From positions 23,126,001-23,190,000 of the forward strand of contig OZ024756.1 of NCBI GenBank assembly GCA_964016885.1: a DNA stretch of 64,000 bases. The letters are read 5' to 3'. This document shows, piece by piece, positions 27,471-40,587 of the stretch. The position numbers were made by a program, and so were the translations under genes. The DNA is from Eledone cirrhosa. Taxonomy: Eukaryota. Under the pieces are notes generated by a model that was not told where the DNA came from, did no database searches, and saw nothing but the letters and a program-made list of their open reading frames with translations. Numbering within the stretch: position 1 is the first letter of the stretch; the number at the start of each line of letters is the position of its first letter.

Positions 27471-30400
27471 AACAACAACAGCAGCAGCAATAACAGCAGT
27501 AACAACAACAGTAGTGACAACAACAGCAGTGACAACAACAACAGTAACAACAACAGCAGTGACAACAACAGTAACAACAACAGTAGTGACAACAAAAGTG
27601 ACAACAACAACAGTGACAACAACAACAGTAACAACAACAGCAGTGACAACAACAGTAACAACAACAGTAACAACAACAACAGTGACAACAACAGCAGTGA
27701 CAACAACAACAGTAGTAACAACAACAGTAGTGACAACAACAGCAGTAACAACAACAACAGTAGTGACAACAACAGTGACAACAACAGTGACAACAACAAC
27801 AGTAACAACAGCAGTGACAACAACAGCAGTAACAACAACAGCAGTGACAACAACAGTAACAACAACAGTAACAACAACAACAGTGACAACAACAGTAACA
27901 ACAACAGTAACAACAACAGTGACAACAACAGCAGTAACAACAACAGCAGTGACAACAACAGCAGTAACAACAACAACAGTAGTGACAACAACAGTAACAA
28001 CAACAGTAACAACAACAACAGTGACAACAACAGCAGTAACAACAACAGCAGTGACAACAACAGCAGTAACAACAACAACAGTAGTGACAACAACAGTAAC
28101 AACAACAGTAACAACAACAGCAGTGACAACAACAGCAGTAACAACAACAGCAGTGACAACAACAGTAACAACAACAGTAACAACAACAACAGTGACAACA
28201 ACAGCAGTAACAACAACAGCAGTGACAACAACAGCAGTAACAACAACAACAGTAGTGACAACAACAGTGACAACAACAGTGACAACAACAACAGTAACAA
28301 CAGCAGTGACAACAACAGCAGTAACAACAACAGCAGTGACAACAACAGTAACAACAACAATAACAACAACAACAGTGACAGCAACAGCAGTAACAACAAC
28401 AGCAGTGACAACAACAGCAGTAACAACAACAACAGTGATAACAACAGTAGTGACAACAACAGCAGTGACAACAACAACAGTGACAACAACAGTAACAACA
28501 ACAGCAGTAACAACAACAGCAGTGACAACAACAGCAGTAACAACAACAACAGTGACAACAACAGTAGTGACAACAACAGCAGTGACAACAACAACAGTGA
28601 CAACAACAGTAACAACAACAGCAGTAACAACAACAGCAGTGACAACAACAGCAGTAACAACAACAACAGTAACAACAACAGTAGTGACAACAACAACAGT
28701 GACAACAACAGCAGTGACAACAACAGCAGTGACAACAACAACAGTGACAACAACAGCAGTAACAACAACAACAGTGACAACAACAGCAGTGAGAACAACA
28801 ACAGTGACAACAACAGCAGTAACAACAACAACAGTAACAACAACAGCAGTGACAACAACAACAGTGACAACAACAGCAGTAACAACAACAACAGTAACAA
28901 CAACAGCAGTGACAACAACAACAGTAACAACAACAGCAGTAACAACAACAACAGTGACAACAACAGCAGTGACAACAACAACAGTGACAACAACAGTAAC
29001 AACAACAACAGTAACAACAACAGTAGTGACAACAAAAACAGTGACAACAACAGTAGTGACAACAACAGCAGTGACAACAACAACAGTAGTGACAACAACA
29101 ACAGTGACAACAACAGCAGTGACAACAACAACAGTGACAACAACAGTAACAACAACAGCAGCGACAACAACAGCAGTGACAACAACAACAGTAACAACAA
29201 CAGCAGTGACAACAACAGCAGTGACAACAACAACAGTAACAACAACAACAGTAACAACAACAGCAGTAACAACAACAACAGTGACAACAACAGCAGTGAC
29301 AACAACAACAGTGACAACAACAGTAACAACAACAACAGTAACAACAACAGTAGTGACAACAACAACAGTGACAACAACAACAGTAACAACAACAACAGTA
29401 ACAACAACAGCAGTGACAACAACAACAGTGACAACAACAACAGTAACAACAACAGCAGTGACAACAACAGCAGTGACAACAACAACAGTGACAACAACAG
29501 TAACAACAACAGCAGTGACAACAACAGCAGTGACAACAACAACAGTAACAACAACAGCAGTGACAACAACAGCAGTGACAACAACAGCAGTGACAACAAC
29601 AGCAGTGACAACAACAACAGTGACAACAACAGTAACAACAACAGCAGTGACAACAACAACAGTGACAACAACAACAGTAACAACAACAGCAGTGACAACA
29701 ACAGCAGTGACAACAACAACAGTAACAACAACAGCAGTGACAACAACAGCAGTGACAACAACAACAGTAACAACAACAGCAGTGACAACAACAGCAGTGA
29801 CAACAACAACAGTAACAACAACAGCAGTGACAACAACAGCAGTGACAACAACAGCAGTGACAACAACAACAGTAACAACAACAGCAGTGACAACAACAGC
29901 AGTGACAACAACAACAGTAACAACAACAACAGTGACAACAACAGCAGTGACAACAACAGCAGTAACAACAACAGTAACAACAACAGCAGTGACAACAACA
30001 GCAGTAACAACAACAGCAGTAACAACAACAGCAGTGACAACAACAGCAGTGACAACAACAGTAGTGACAACAACAACAGCAGTGACAACAACATCAGTGA
30101 CAACAACAACAGTAACAACAACAGCAGTGACAACAACAGCAGTGACAACAACAACAGTAACAACACAACAGTAACAACAACAACAGTAACAACAACAGCA
30201 GTAACAACAACAGCAGTGACAACAACAACAGTGACAACAAGAGCAGCAACAACAACAGTAACAACGACAACAGTAACAACAACAGTAACAACAACAGCAG
30301 TAACAACAACAGCAGTGACAACAACAACAGTGACAACAACAGCAGTAGTGACAACAACAGTGACAACAACAGCAGTGACAACAACAGTAGTGACAACAAC

Positions 30401-31323
30401 AGCAGTGACAACAACAACAGTAACAACAACAGTAGTGACAACAACAGCAGTGACAACAACAGCAGCAGCAACAACAACAGTAACAACAACAACAGTAACA
30501 ACAACAGCAGTGACAACAACAACAGTAACAACAACAACAGTGACAACAAGAGCAGCAGCAACAACAACAGTAACAACGACAACAGTAACAACAACAGTAG
30601 TGACAACAACAGCAGTGACAACAACAGTAGTAACAACAGCAACAACGACAGTAGTAACAACAACAGGGGCAGTGACACTAACTGTAACAGCAATAACAGT
30701 AACAACGATACTAACAATTGTAACGACATTAACATTAGTAACAACAGTAACAAGAACAGCAGTAGCAACCGCAACAGTATCAGCAGCAACTGCAGTTATA
30801 CAATTATAATAACAACTACACTAATAGTAATAATAGCAACAGCAACATCAGTAGCATCAGCAGCAGCAGCAACATTGGCAGCAGCAGCAACATCAGCAGC
30901 AGTTACAGCTTTAACAGTAACGGTTAGTGACAACACTAACGACAGTATCACCAGCAGCAACAACAACAGCAACAACAAGAACAACAAGAACAACAAGAAG
31001 AACAACAACAACAGCAGCAGCAACAACAGCGACAACACAACAGCAACAACAACAGCAACAGCGACAACAGCAACAACAGCGACAACACACCAGCAACAAC
31101 AGCAGCAGCAACAACAGCGACAACACAACAGCAACAACAGCAGCAGCAACAACAGCGACAACACACCAGCAACAACAACGACAACACAACAGCAACAACA
31201 ACAGCAGCAACAACACAACAGCAACAACAGCGACAACACAACAGCAACAACAACAGCAGCAGCGACAACAGCAACAACAGCGACAACACAACAGCAACAA
31301 CAGCAGCAGCAACAACAGCGACG

Positions 31324-31359
<36 letters not shown>

Positions 31360-31760
31360 GCAACAACACAACAGCAACAACAGCGACAACACAACAGCAA
31401 CAGCAACAACAGCGACAACAACAGCAGCAACAACAACAACAACAGCAGCAACAACACAACAGCAACAACAACAGCAACAGCAACAGCAGCGACAACACAA
31501 CAGCAGCAGCAACAACAGCGACAACAACAGCAGCAACAACAACAACAGCAGCAACAACACAACAGCAACAGCAACAGCAGCGACAACACAACAGCAACAA
31601 CAACTTTAACAGTAGTGACAGCAAAAAAAACAACAACAACAGCAGCAACAACAGCAACAATTAATTTAATAGTAGTAACAGCAGCAACATCAACAACAGC
31701 CAGCAGCAGCAGTGACAACACCAACAACAACAACAGCAGCAGCAGCAACAACAGTAACGA
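27471..31760. repeat. Degenerate (ACA/GCA/GTR)n satellite grading into (CAA/CAG)n
   Basis: 12-18-bp units to about 30650, then a CAA/CAG tract with frequent acac frame slips. Confidence 0.95.
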
Positions 31761-32017
31761 TGTTTACAGTTAGTTACAACAGCAGCACAATCAGAAGTCA
31801 CACCAACAGCAGCTACTAATACTTCTAACACTATTTACCACCACCCCCACCACCACCACCCCCACCACCACCACCAAACAAAGAGACATAACGCCAGCAG
31901 TATATGTCCTACACTCATCAACTGTAGTCTTATCTGCAAAAAAATATCTCAATGCACCATTCTGCGTACTAACTATACATATGGTAGATTGTATATTAAA
32001 CTGTGCACTAAACAACT

Positions 32018-32345
32018 AGTCGGGCTGAGGTGGCCAAACTCCTCAAATAACGGTCACCCTCCGACAGGTTTGCGGTCGTACCCCTGACAGTGAAGACTCC
32101 TGGTGTCCTCGGCCCAAGGGTTACCTCCTTACTCACCACCATGCTGAGCTGGCCAGCCGCAGGTGTGAGCCCCGCGAGTTGGAATGACTCTTCCAGGGCG
32201 TCTCCCTTGCCGTCCTCCGGGGAAACGCCTTCTCCATTCTGTCCGCCGGGGCTGTGAGTGGGCCCCATCGCGTACCGTTGTAGTTGTTGTAGAGACCCTT
32301 CTAATTAAATACACATTCTGAATTATTGTACAGAGTATAAATAGA
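32018..32345 (+). mobile_element. Second, more decayed CRE-like 3' fragment
   Basis: Homologous to 12490-12735 (SDRFAVVPLTVKTPGVL...RRCEPRELE*LFQGVSLAVLRGNAFSI) with stops and a frameshift. Confidence 0.72.
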
Positions 32346-32576
32346 TTTAAAAGAATTAAAAGACTAACATCCAAGCGTCTTGAATTGGTATCTGTACAGG
32401 GGCTGTGCATTATTTAAACGAAGTTATAAGAAATATGTGATGTGAATACACACATTTCTATATGAACATATGTAAACATGTATTAACACATTTCTCTCAA
32501 TATATTATAGTAAAAAATGAACTACGTGATCTGGAAAAATAAGTAACTATAGAGCTTTATATACCCGCCAAATGTG

Positions 32577-32860
32577 GAGATAAGTGACCTAGTGGTAAGG
32601 GTGTTGGACTTAAGATTATAATGTCGTGAGTTCGATTCCTGGACTGGGCTTTGTGTTGTTTTCTTGAGCGAAACTCTTCATTTCACGTTGCTTCAGTATA
32701 CTCAGCTGAAAAAGAGTACCAGCACCAATAGCTTTAAATTTTTACACAGCAATGAACTAGCGTTTTGTCCATGAGAGAGTTGCATACTTTCAGTCGTTTC
32801 ACGCCACGGAAACCGGGCCAAGCGCCGTCCTAATGAGCCTCAGGGCTTATGACAGACTTT
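32577..32860 (+). mobile_element. tRNA-headed SINE with Nin/Deu-like domain
   Basis: A/B boxes (tgacctagtgg, gagttcgattcc) and gcaatgaactagc...cagtcgtttcacgccacggaaaccggg, resembling the Nin/Deu SINE domain as remembered. Confidence 0.7.
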
Positions 32861-32959
32861 AGACTTTTTCGACAAATGTGGCTGCAACAGTGAACTGAAA
32901 AGGGTAATTTGCATATTATTAGTGATTACGGTGGTAGCTAATTCAAACATTACACTGAA

Positions 32960-33260
32960 CAGCTACCAGAGTTGATGGTTGTATAAAGCCTTCAGTAGCA
33001 TATGTGTAACAAATAAATCATTCTACGGTTCACACCCTCGCCTTTCTGACATCATAAGCCATAGGAGGTTGACATTAACCGGCCTTACGAATCGTTACAA
33101 TGATCCTGTAGGCAGCGTTCTTTTCTGGAAACTTGATGTGTGCAGACGAGTTGAGAGACCAACCACCATGTTCCATAAATTAGCGGGTTGATAGAATAAA
33201 CAGCAGACTTGAAAAATATATGAATATTAAAGTCGATATGATCGGCTAATGACTGAAGCC
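32960..33260 (+). mobile_element. Old RTE C-terminal remnant
   Basis: VDGC...TNKSFYGSHPRLSDIISHRRLTLTG...SVLFW..RRVERP aligns with VDGC...NSELYGSLPKVSSKVTQRRLRLAG...SVLLW..GRGRP of the intact element. Confidence 0.75.
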
Positions 33261-33664
33261 AGTTCAAGAATATAAAAATATATCGAGTGAGAGAAAGAGG
33301 TTTAGAGAAGGTGAATTTAGTGACTAATTATGATTGGTATGACGGAGGGGAATATTGTACATCTAAAGAGGTTATAACATTAGGTTCTCAAATATGTCAT
33401 TATAGCGAGTATATAACTGATAAATACGTACAAGAGATTTGCATAAGTAATTATATATATTATATTTATATAGGAAACATTTTTAGTGTCTATATAATCT
33501 ATGTGTAGCACTCTGGTGTGTATTTATCTAATATATCAGACATTATATCGTCAAATCCCGCCGAGGTTAGCTTTGCCTTTCATCCTTACGGAGTCGGTAA
33601 AATAAAGCACCAGTAATACACTCATTGTCCAAAACCTATATATCTATCTGTATATATCTACATG

Positions 33665-34298
33665 TCAAGTCGCTCTCGAATGCTACTGGTAACAAATAAC
33701 CTAGTACAACCTGTCTCATGGTCGGTTCGTCGGCGACTAAACCGGCAACCTCACCAAGCTTGCTTGGTGAGGAGGGTAATATTTGGACACCATGCTGGAT
33801 GAAATACAAGACACGGCAAAGGGCGGAGCGGCTATCCAAATAGTACTTTTTTCACCTGGGAGGGAAAGGCGCCCAGTTGTTGTCACAACAACTTTCTAGG
33901 AGAGAGAAACTCTGAAAAAAAAACCTGCGGCTTCGGAAGCATCCGATGATGTTGATCAGTTCTTTTCGGGTAGAGTTTTCAATGTTCAGAGAGAGGGATT
34001 GGTCGAGTGCATGACATGTCCCCGCGCATATACATACATAGGCATACACATATATACATACATATATACACATGTACATACATATTTACACATTTCTGAA
34101 TGGCCGTTGATTCTTATGAGTTCTTCCGCCATTTGTCAGGTTTTTTTTTTGGGGGGGGGGTTGTCCTGCAAGGTCCCCAAAATCACCCTCCTCGCCAAGT
34201 AAACATGCTGGGGTTGCCGGTTTAGTCATCCACGACCCGACCATGCAACAGGTTTTACTGAGTTACATGTTACCAGTAGCACTCAAGAGTGATCCGAC
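33665..34298. mobile_element. Inverted pair of an interspersed repeat also at 50152-50325 (-) and 61092-61450 (+)
   Basis: Shared gtcgctc..tgctactggtaac..gtcggcgactaaaccggcaacc..ggtgagga..tttggacacc; + copy 33665-34005, - copy 34100-34298. Confidence 0.8.
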
Positions 34299-34417
34299 AT
34301 ATATATATATATATATATGTAGGAGGTGAGTTTTATTGTAGTACAATAAAGCAATGCAGATATCGGATAAGAAGCACTCTACAGTTTGTGGGAACTCCTT
34401 TAACCATCTTTTGATCT

Positions 34418-34487
<70 letters not shown>

Positions 34488-34643
34488 GCATACATTTATA
34501 TAAAGATTTATAATGAAATCATTAGATTGAAAAAAATATACTTTGATATTAATAAGCATAAATTGAAGGATCGATGTGTGTGTGTAAAGTTTGTTTGTGT
34601 AGATAAGTGTACAAGCAAAAATAGAACAAGATTGCTTATATAT

Positions 34644-34692
<49 letters not shown>

Positions 34693-35196
34693 GCATACAT
34701 GCTTTGATTTCATATTAGATCAAAGATAGTAGTATACAATTATATGAATTCGATAATAATCATTTATATTAATGATTTTTCATGTTTCCTTATTAGTCGT
34801 TTCTGTTTTGTTTGGAACTTTAGAACTGTTAGGTTCCAAAGTACATTATTTTTTCATTAAATTCTAATTCATATTTTCAGAAGACAGACGGACGTTGTTG
34901 CAACGTGTTTTTGTACAAAGACTCTAAGGATCATAGAAATAACATATCTGATGTCGCCATTGCCAATATTAATTGCTGAAGTAATGAAGTAAGAAAGATG
35001 TGTTAAAAAACGTGAATATACACACGTATAAATATAGAAACATGTGTTTGTACGCGCGTATGTGTGTGTGTATATAACTAAAAAAAATACAGATCCACAC
35101 ATACAATATCACCCTTACATACCCATACAGAGATAGAGAGAAGACCTACATAATTACTTAGTTGATGTTTTATTGGTGAACATTTAAAAAAAATAA

Positions 35197-36275
35197 TGGT
35201 TTCTGGTTTAGGTACAAGGCCAACAATTGCGAGACGGGGGAAGTCGATTAAATTGAGTCCAGTGCGCAACTGATACTTTATATGGTTATTTTTAATAAAT
35301 CATGCTTTAGAAAAGAGTCCTGCGAAGACATTTATTTGGCCAAAGTCATCAATCGCCTCCGTCTCTGCTTGATCCCAAACTAATTTCTGCTTCGGTAATA
35401 AGGCCAGCAATTACGCCAGTGCGTAACTAGTACTTTATTTTATCGACCCCGTAAGGATGAAAGGCAAAGCTAACCTCGACGGGATTTGAATTCAGAAAGT
35501 AAAGGGCTGTATAATAAAACCAGAAGAACATACATATGTATTTCCTGTAATCAAAATCGTAGTTAGGGATGCAATTGTATGGTGCTATGATATTAATAGC
35601 TGTAGAATTGAAGCTTTCATGTGACACAAAGGACAATGCATGTATGATCCAGTAATTCCTGATAGAGTCGTAGGGGCGCCTTAGTTCCATACTGCATTTC
35701 TTGGGCATTTTAAGCCTAACGGAGCCCATCCCTCTTCAGGTCCACAAAGGACAATAGGGGCTTATAAAGACCCCCTTCAGCAGATATTGGAATCAACTCA
35801 TGGTTGTATGTTAAATGGACAAATTCCTTGTATTCACGTCTCACACAAGAACATTGTTTGTTACTCACCTTACCACTCCTGTTTTTATATTTGTTTGTTT
35901 GTTTTTTGTTTTTTTCTTTGTTATTTTTAGTGAAGTAAACTAGGCTGTTTGGAGATCAAATCGACCCCAGTACATTACTGGTGCTTTATGTTATCGACCT
36001 CCTAAGGGTGAAAGAATCCTGCCGAGGCTGGCTTTGCCTAACTCACACCGTAAAAGACCATAACTATGCCGTAAAGCATATTGTCCTACGCTTTACCGAT
36101 ACTTCCAATCCACCGCCATAAGATGACCAGTAATAATGATTTCTGATTTAGGTTTAAGGCCAACAATTTGCAGAGAATTGGAAAGTCGATTAAACTGACA
36201 TCAGTTCGTTACTGGTACTTTATTTTATCGACCCCCGTAAGGATGAAAGGCAAAGCTAACCCAGGCGGGATTTAG
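35197..36275 (-). mobile_element. SINE A fragments (four) interspersed with older remnants
   Basis: Core motifs at about 35197, 35400, 35955 and 36135. Confidence 0.8.
35520..35860 (-). mobile_element. Highly decayed RT fragment (RTE-like)
   Basis: Broken frames YKPLLSFVDLKR and RNAVWN resemble the RT motif PL..FVD.KAFDSV...VW.AL. Confidence 0.45.
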
Positions 36276-36309
36276 CTTGTAATAGTAACGAACCTATTAT
36301 CATTTAATC

Positions 36310-36896
36310 AACTGGTTGCTTGTTAAAATCACTCACCATCCTGCCATCCATATTTTCGCCTACTTTAGCATCACCAATGAAATTTAAAGTTGGGGAAGGG
36401 GTACATTTATTGCATTTTAACAATATCGCTTTTCGATTATAACGCCATTTTTTTTTTATTAATAGAAGCCAACAAAAAATTGTAAATAACACGGAGAGTG
36501 AATTTTCATAATACCAGTAACCCTTAATTTGATTTTTTTTTTTAATAAATTAAAATACTTGAGTGGGATTAAAATCCAGTTAGAGCTCTTTTGCATATCA
36601 ATTCCCAGAAATCGAACGAAAGTACGAATAAATGACCCAAACATTTCCTCCATTTTTTATCATAAATTTTTTATTATAACGTAATATCAAAATTTTTCAG
36701 TGCAACAAAATTGTAATAAATGAGAAAAAAATTTTATATTATTATTTTATATCATATCATTTCTCATTATACTCTATTATATTATATAGTTTTGTGTTAA
36801 TTTATTATATCGAGAATGACAGAAGTGGCAAAAATTATCGTTGAACATGAAATCGTGTGTCTATAAAAAAACTAACTTTGCCACCCACCCTAATAA
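36310..36896 (-). mobile_element. Decayed mariner 5' remnant
   Basis: TATTAGGGTGGGTGGCAAAGT on minus resembles a mariner TIR. Broken frames KIHSPCYLQFF and FIGDAKVGENMDGR loosely resemble a mariner transposase N-terminus. Confidence 0.4.
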
Positions 36897-37139
36897 TTTT
36901 ATTAGTTGAAAGTGAAAAATAATGGCTTTCGAAATTCGAAGATGGATGTGTTGGGGTCGAGGAAAACATTACCAGAATCAAGGTGATTGTGAAGGACATA
37001 GTCTGATTTATGTGTTTATTGTTTGATTAAATATTTAAATATTCGTCATATATATAGAGAGAGAGAGAGCGATAACTTTTTGTTAGTTATTTGAATATAG
37101 CAAAGCCTGCCATTAATCGCCCGTATACATGAAACTGAC

Positions 37140-37666
37140 TGTTATATATAAATATATAGAGAGAGCGTGTGCATGTATGTGCGTTTGAGTGTGAGTGTGT
37201 ATGTGTGCGTGTGTGTACGCGGGGGCGCGTTTCTGTGCATATGTATATCTATGAAGATATGTACCGCTCTATCACTGCTGCCTGTGTGTATGCGTGAGAG
37301 AAGGGTGAGGAATGCATGAGCGAGCAAACCCGTGAGTATGCGTGTGTACGAGTGCATGTGTGTGTGTGTGTGTGCGAGTGTATGTGCTCTAAAAACAACG
37401 ACGACCAAGATAGATAATTGATGTGTATTTTTGGACACTATAGGCAATGCGAAAGAGAATGGTGTAAGACAGAACAAAAAAGAGACACAAAAATAACACA
37501 TTAGTCACTGAGGGGGGTCACAGAATGTGTGACATAAGGGCTTTGACAATAAATAATCAACTACACGGTTAATAAACTAACCAACTGGAAATTTATAATA
37601 AATTGAAGTAAAAACCAACAGGTGCGTGTGTTTTTATTGGCAGCATGACCCTCCCAAAGTATAACA
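37140..37666 (+). mobile_element. Candidate solo LTR; partial copies at about 21840-22071 and 48920-49077
   Basis: TGTTATA...TATAACA termini, AATAAA about 60 bp before the end, three homologous copies of the 3' half. No TSD seen. Confidence 0.45.
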
Positions 37667-38034
37667 ATATCTGTTTCAACACAAATTTTCAGATAAGAAA
37701 TCTTGAAAAACAAATACAAAAACGAAGTATATATATATATATACATATATATATACACACAGATATATATATACACACGCACACACACATAGATATATAT
37801 TTAAATATACACACACGCACACATAGATATATATTTAAATATACACACACGCACACATACAGATATATATTTATATATACATACACACACACACACACAC
37901 ACATTATATATATATATATATATATATATATGAAGAATGACACGAGATCAACCGGGTGCAATGATGCGTTGCTTGGTAAAGTTGTAAAAGAATCTGAACG
38001 TTTAGGATGCTAGAGCTTCATCATCTTCATCAAA

Positions 38035-38393
38035 TGAAGAAGAAGGCAAAGGCAAAGAAGGCAAAGAAGAAAAAGAAGAAAAAGGAAAAGAAGAAACAAG
38101 AAAAAGAAGAAAAAAGAAGAAAGAAAAAGAAGAAAAAAAGAAGAAAAAAAGAAACAAGAAAAAGAAGAAAAAAAAGAAACAAGAAAAAGAAGAAAAGAAA
38201 ATAAAAAGAAGAAAAAAAAGATAAAGAAGAAGGCAAAGAAGAAAAAGAAAGAAAAAAGGAAAGGAAAGAAAGAAAAAGAAAAAAGGAAAAAGAGTAAAAA
38301 GAAAACGAAAAAATAGAAAACGAAAAAAGAAAAAAAGAAAAGAAGGAGTAGAAAAGTAAAAAGAAGTAATCCATAGAATTCTTCACCTAGCAT

Positions 38394-38440
<47 letters not shown>
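38035..38440. repeat. Polypurine (GAAAA-type) tract followed by (GAT)n
   Basis: Direct reading. Confidence 0.93.
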
Positions 38441-38441
<1 letters not shown>

Positions 38442-38632
38442 GAAATTGCTCTTCCGTTACGAAATACTTCAATAAATCTGTCACTTCGTTGTATATTCTA
38501 ATTGAACGGTTCTTTGGTTATTTTCAATAAATCATGCTTTAGAAAAGAATCCAGCGGAGACATTTGGTAGTCCAATGTCATTAGTCGCCTCTATGTCTGC
38601 TTGATTCCAAACTAAATTCTGCTTCGGTAATA

Positions 38633-39340
38633 ATTGTTTCTACTTTTGGCACAAGGCCAGCAATTAAACCAGTACATTACTGGTGCTTTATTTTATCGAC
38701 TCCGTAAGGATGAAAGGCAAAGTTAATCTGTAAAGGGCCGTAACTATGCAGCATGACGTCCAACCCTCTACCGATACTGCCAATCCACCTTCGTTAGTAA
38801 TAAGATTTTTTTTTTTTTCGTTTTCTTTGTTAACGTTTGGTACAAAAGTCATTTATATATAACGAATGATATCTAAAGTGAATGAGGGGTCCAAATTTAT
38901 TAAACTGTTCCCTTAATAGCCCCATATTTCTTTTATATACCCTTTTTCTTCCTCTTAGGGGTCGGAAGGACGACGTCTAAACCACGGCAAGATTTAAATT
39001 AAAAATATAAGCCTGTAATAATAGTTTCTGATTTAGGTACAAAGCCAACAATTTTTGGGGGAGGTAAATGTTGATTAAAATCGACCCCAGCGCATTACTG
39101 GTGCTTTATTTCATTGACCCCGTAAGGATGAAAGGCAAAACTAACCTCGGCGAGATTTGAACTCAGAATCCAAAGGGATATAACATAGCATGTTGTCCGA
39201 CACTCTACAGATACGGCCAATCCGTCTCCCTACAAGCCTGTAATACTGGTTTCTGATTTAGGCACAAGGCCAACAATTTGGGAGGAGAAGGAATGTTCAT
39301 TAAGTCGACCCCAGTGTGTTACAGGTACTTTATTTTATCG
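38633..39340 (-). mobile_element. SINE A copies (three)
   Basis: Core motifs at 38633-38790, 39018-39222 and 39247-39340. Confidence 0.85.
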
Positions 39341-40088
39341 ATTGTATTGTAATAAACTCTCTTAAATTGGTTTGAGGTTCGATGACTTTCCAATGTTTCA
39401 TCAAAGTTATTCTGCATGGGGGAGCGAGAAATAATTCACTTCGTCCTTAGTCCATGGGAGCTCTCAGAGAGAGAGAGAGAGCGAGAGAGAGAGAGATAGA
39501 AAGAGAGAAAGAAAGAAAGAAAGAAAGAAAAAGAAAGAGAGAGAAAGAGAGAAACCGCTACAGGTAATAACAATTACGACAGACTCGAGTCGATAGCAAA
39601 TCCATTAATGTTAGCTGTAAGTTAGCTTTAAGTTAGCTGTAAGTTAGCATAAGTTGCGAAACAAAATCTAACTAAAATCGATGGCCCCGACTGTTGTACA
39701 TTGTTGTATTGTAGAAATCGTTTGATCGTTTGCCAACAGATTGGAGTAACAGAGATCGATCGTAGTGAATACACACAACTAACTGAAAATCACATCTCCA
39801 AATAAAAGTTACAAGCCTGCGGAAATACATAGGGCAACTCGCTGCCATCATCAGTTTTAAAGGAAATATATTCACGAATAACCAGCTGCATTTGTATGGC
39901 AGATTATCTATGTTGTATTTGGAACTGCCAGTGTAAGACACACACAGGTTAAATGATATCTTTCAAACATGAACTCCAAGCAGGTAGTGAAACACTTCGT
40001 TATAGTAAGAACTTAATAATTATTAACTAAAACCTACGACTACGAGACATAAGTATGCAGAAAATTCAAAAGCCGTATATTGTAGTAT

Positions 40089-40181
<93 letters not shown>

Positions 40182-40283
40182 ATTATTTTTCCTTTATTTT
40201 CAGGTCCTTCATTATATATATATATATATATATACACACATAGCGGCCGATGGCTGATTATTTTTCCTTTATTTTAAGGTCCT

Positions 40284-40347
<64 letters not shown>

Positions 40348-40402
40348 TATATTATAGTGAAATGAGAAAAACAAAAACAAAACGAAGAGGCAGTACAAAA
40401 AT

Positions 40403-40587
40403 GGTGGATTGGCAGTATCGGTAGAGGGTCTGACGCCATGCTTTGCAGCAATGAGTTACGGCTCTTTATGATCAGAGTTCAAATCCCGCCGAGGTTAACT
40501 TAGCCTTTCATCCTTACGGGAGCGATAAAAGAAAGTACCAGTAATACGCTGGAATAATTGTTGGCCTTGTGCCAAAAGTAGAAACAA
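40403..40587 (+). mobile_element. SINE A full copy
   Basis: Complete head, core and tail. Shorter + strand fragments also occur at about 380-465, 7080-7160, 33553-33622, 42333-42442 and 46822-46924. Confidence 0.9.

Noticed and set aside
23635-31751. Mucin-like, poly-N/S, poly-L and poly-C giant ORFs
   Set aside because: Open in several frames on both strands, with no signal peptide or credible start, internal frame slips, and an origin inside a SINE; treated as satellite.
32577-32650. tRNA genes at SINE heads (also 13385, 47390, 57595)
   Set aside because: A/B boxes are present but there is no complete cloverleaf, and they run into SINE bodies.
38007-38393. Lys-rich and Phe-rich ORFs
   Set aside because: Low-complexity polypurine tract.
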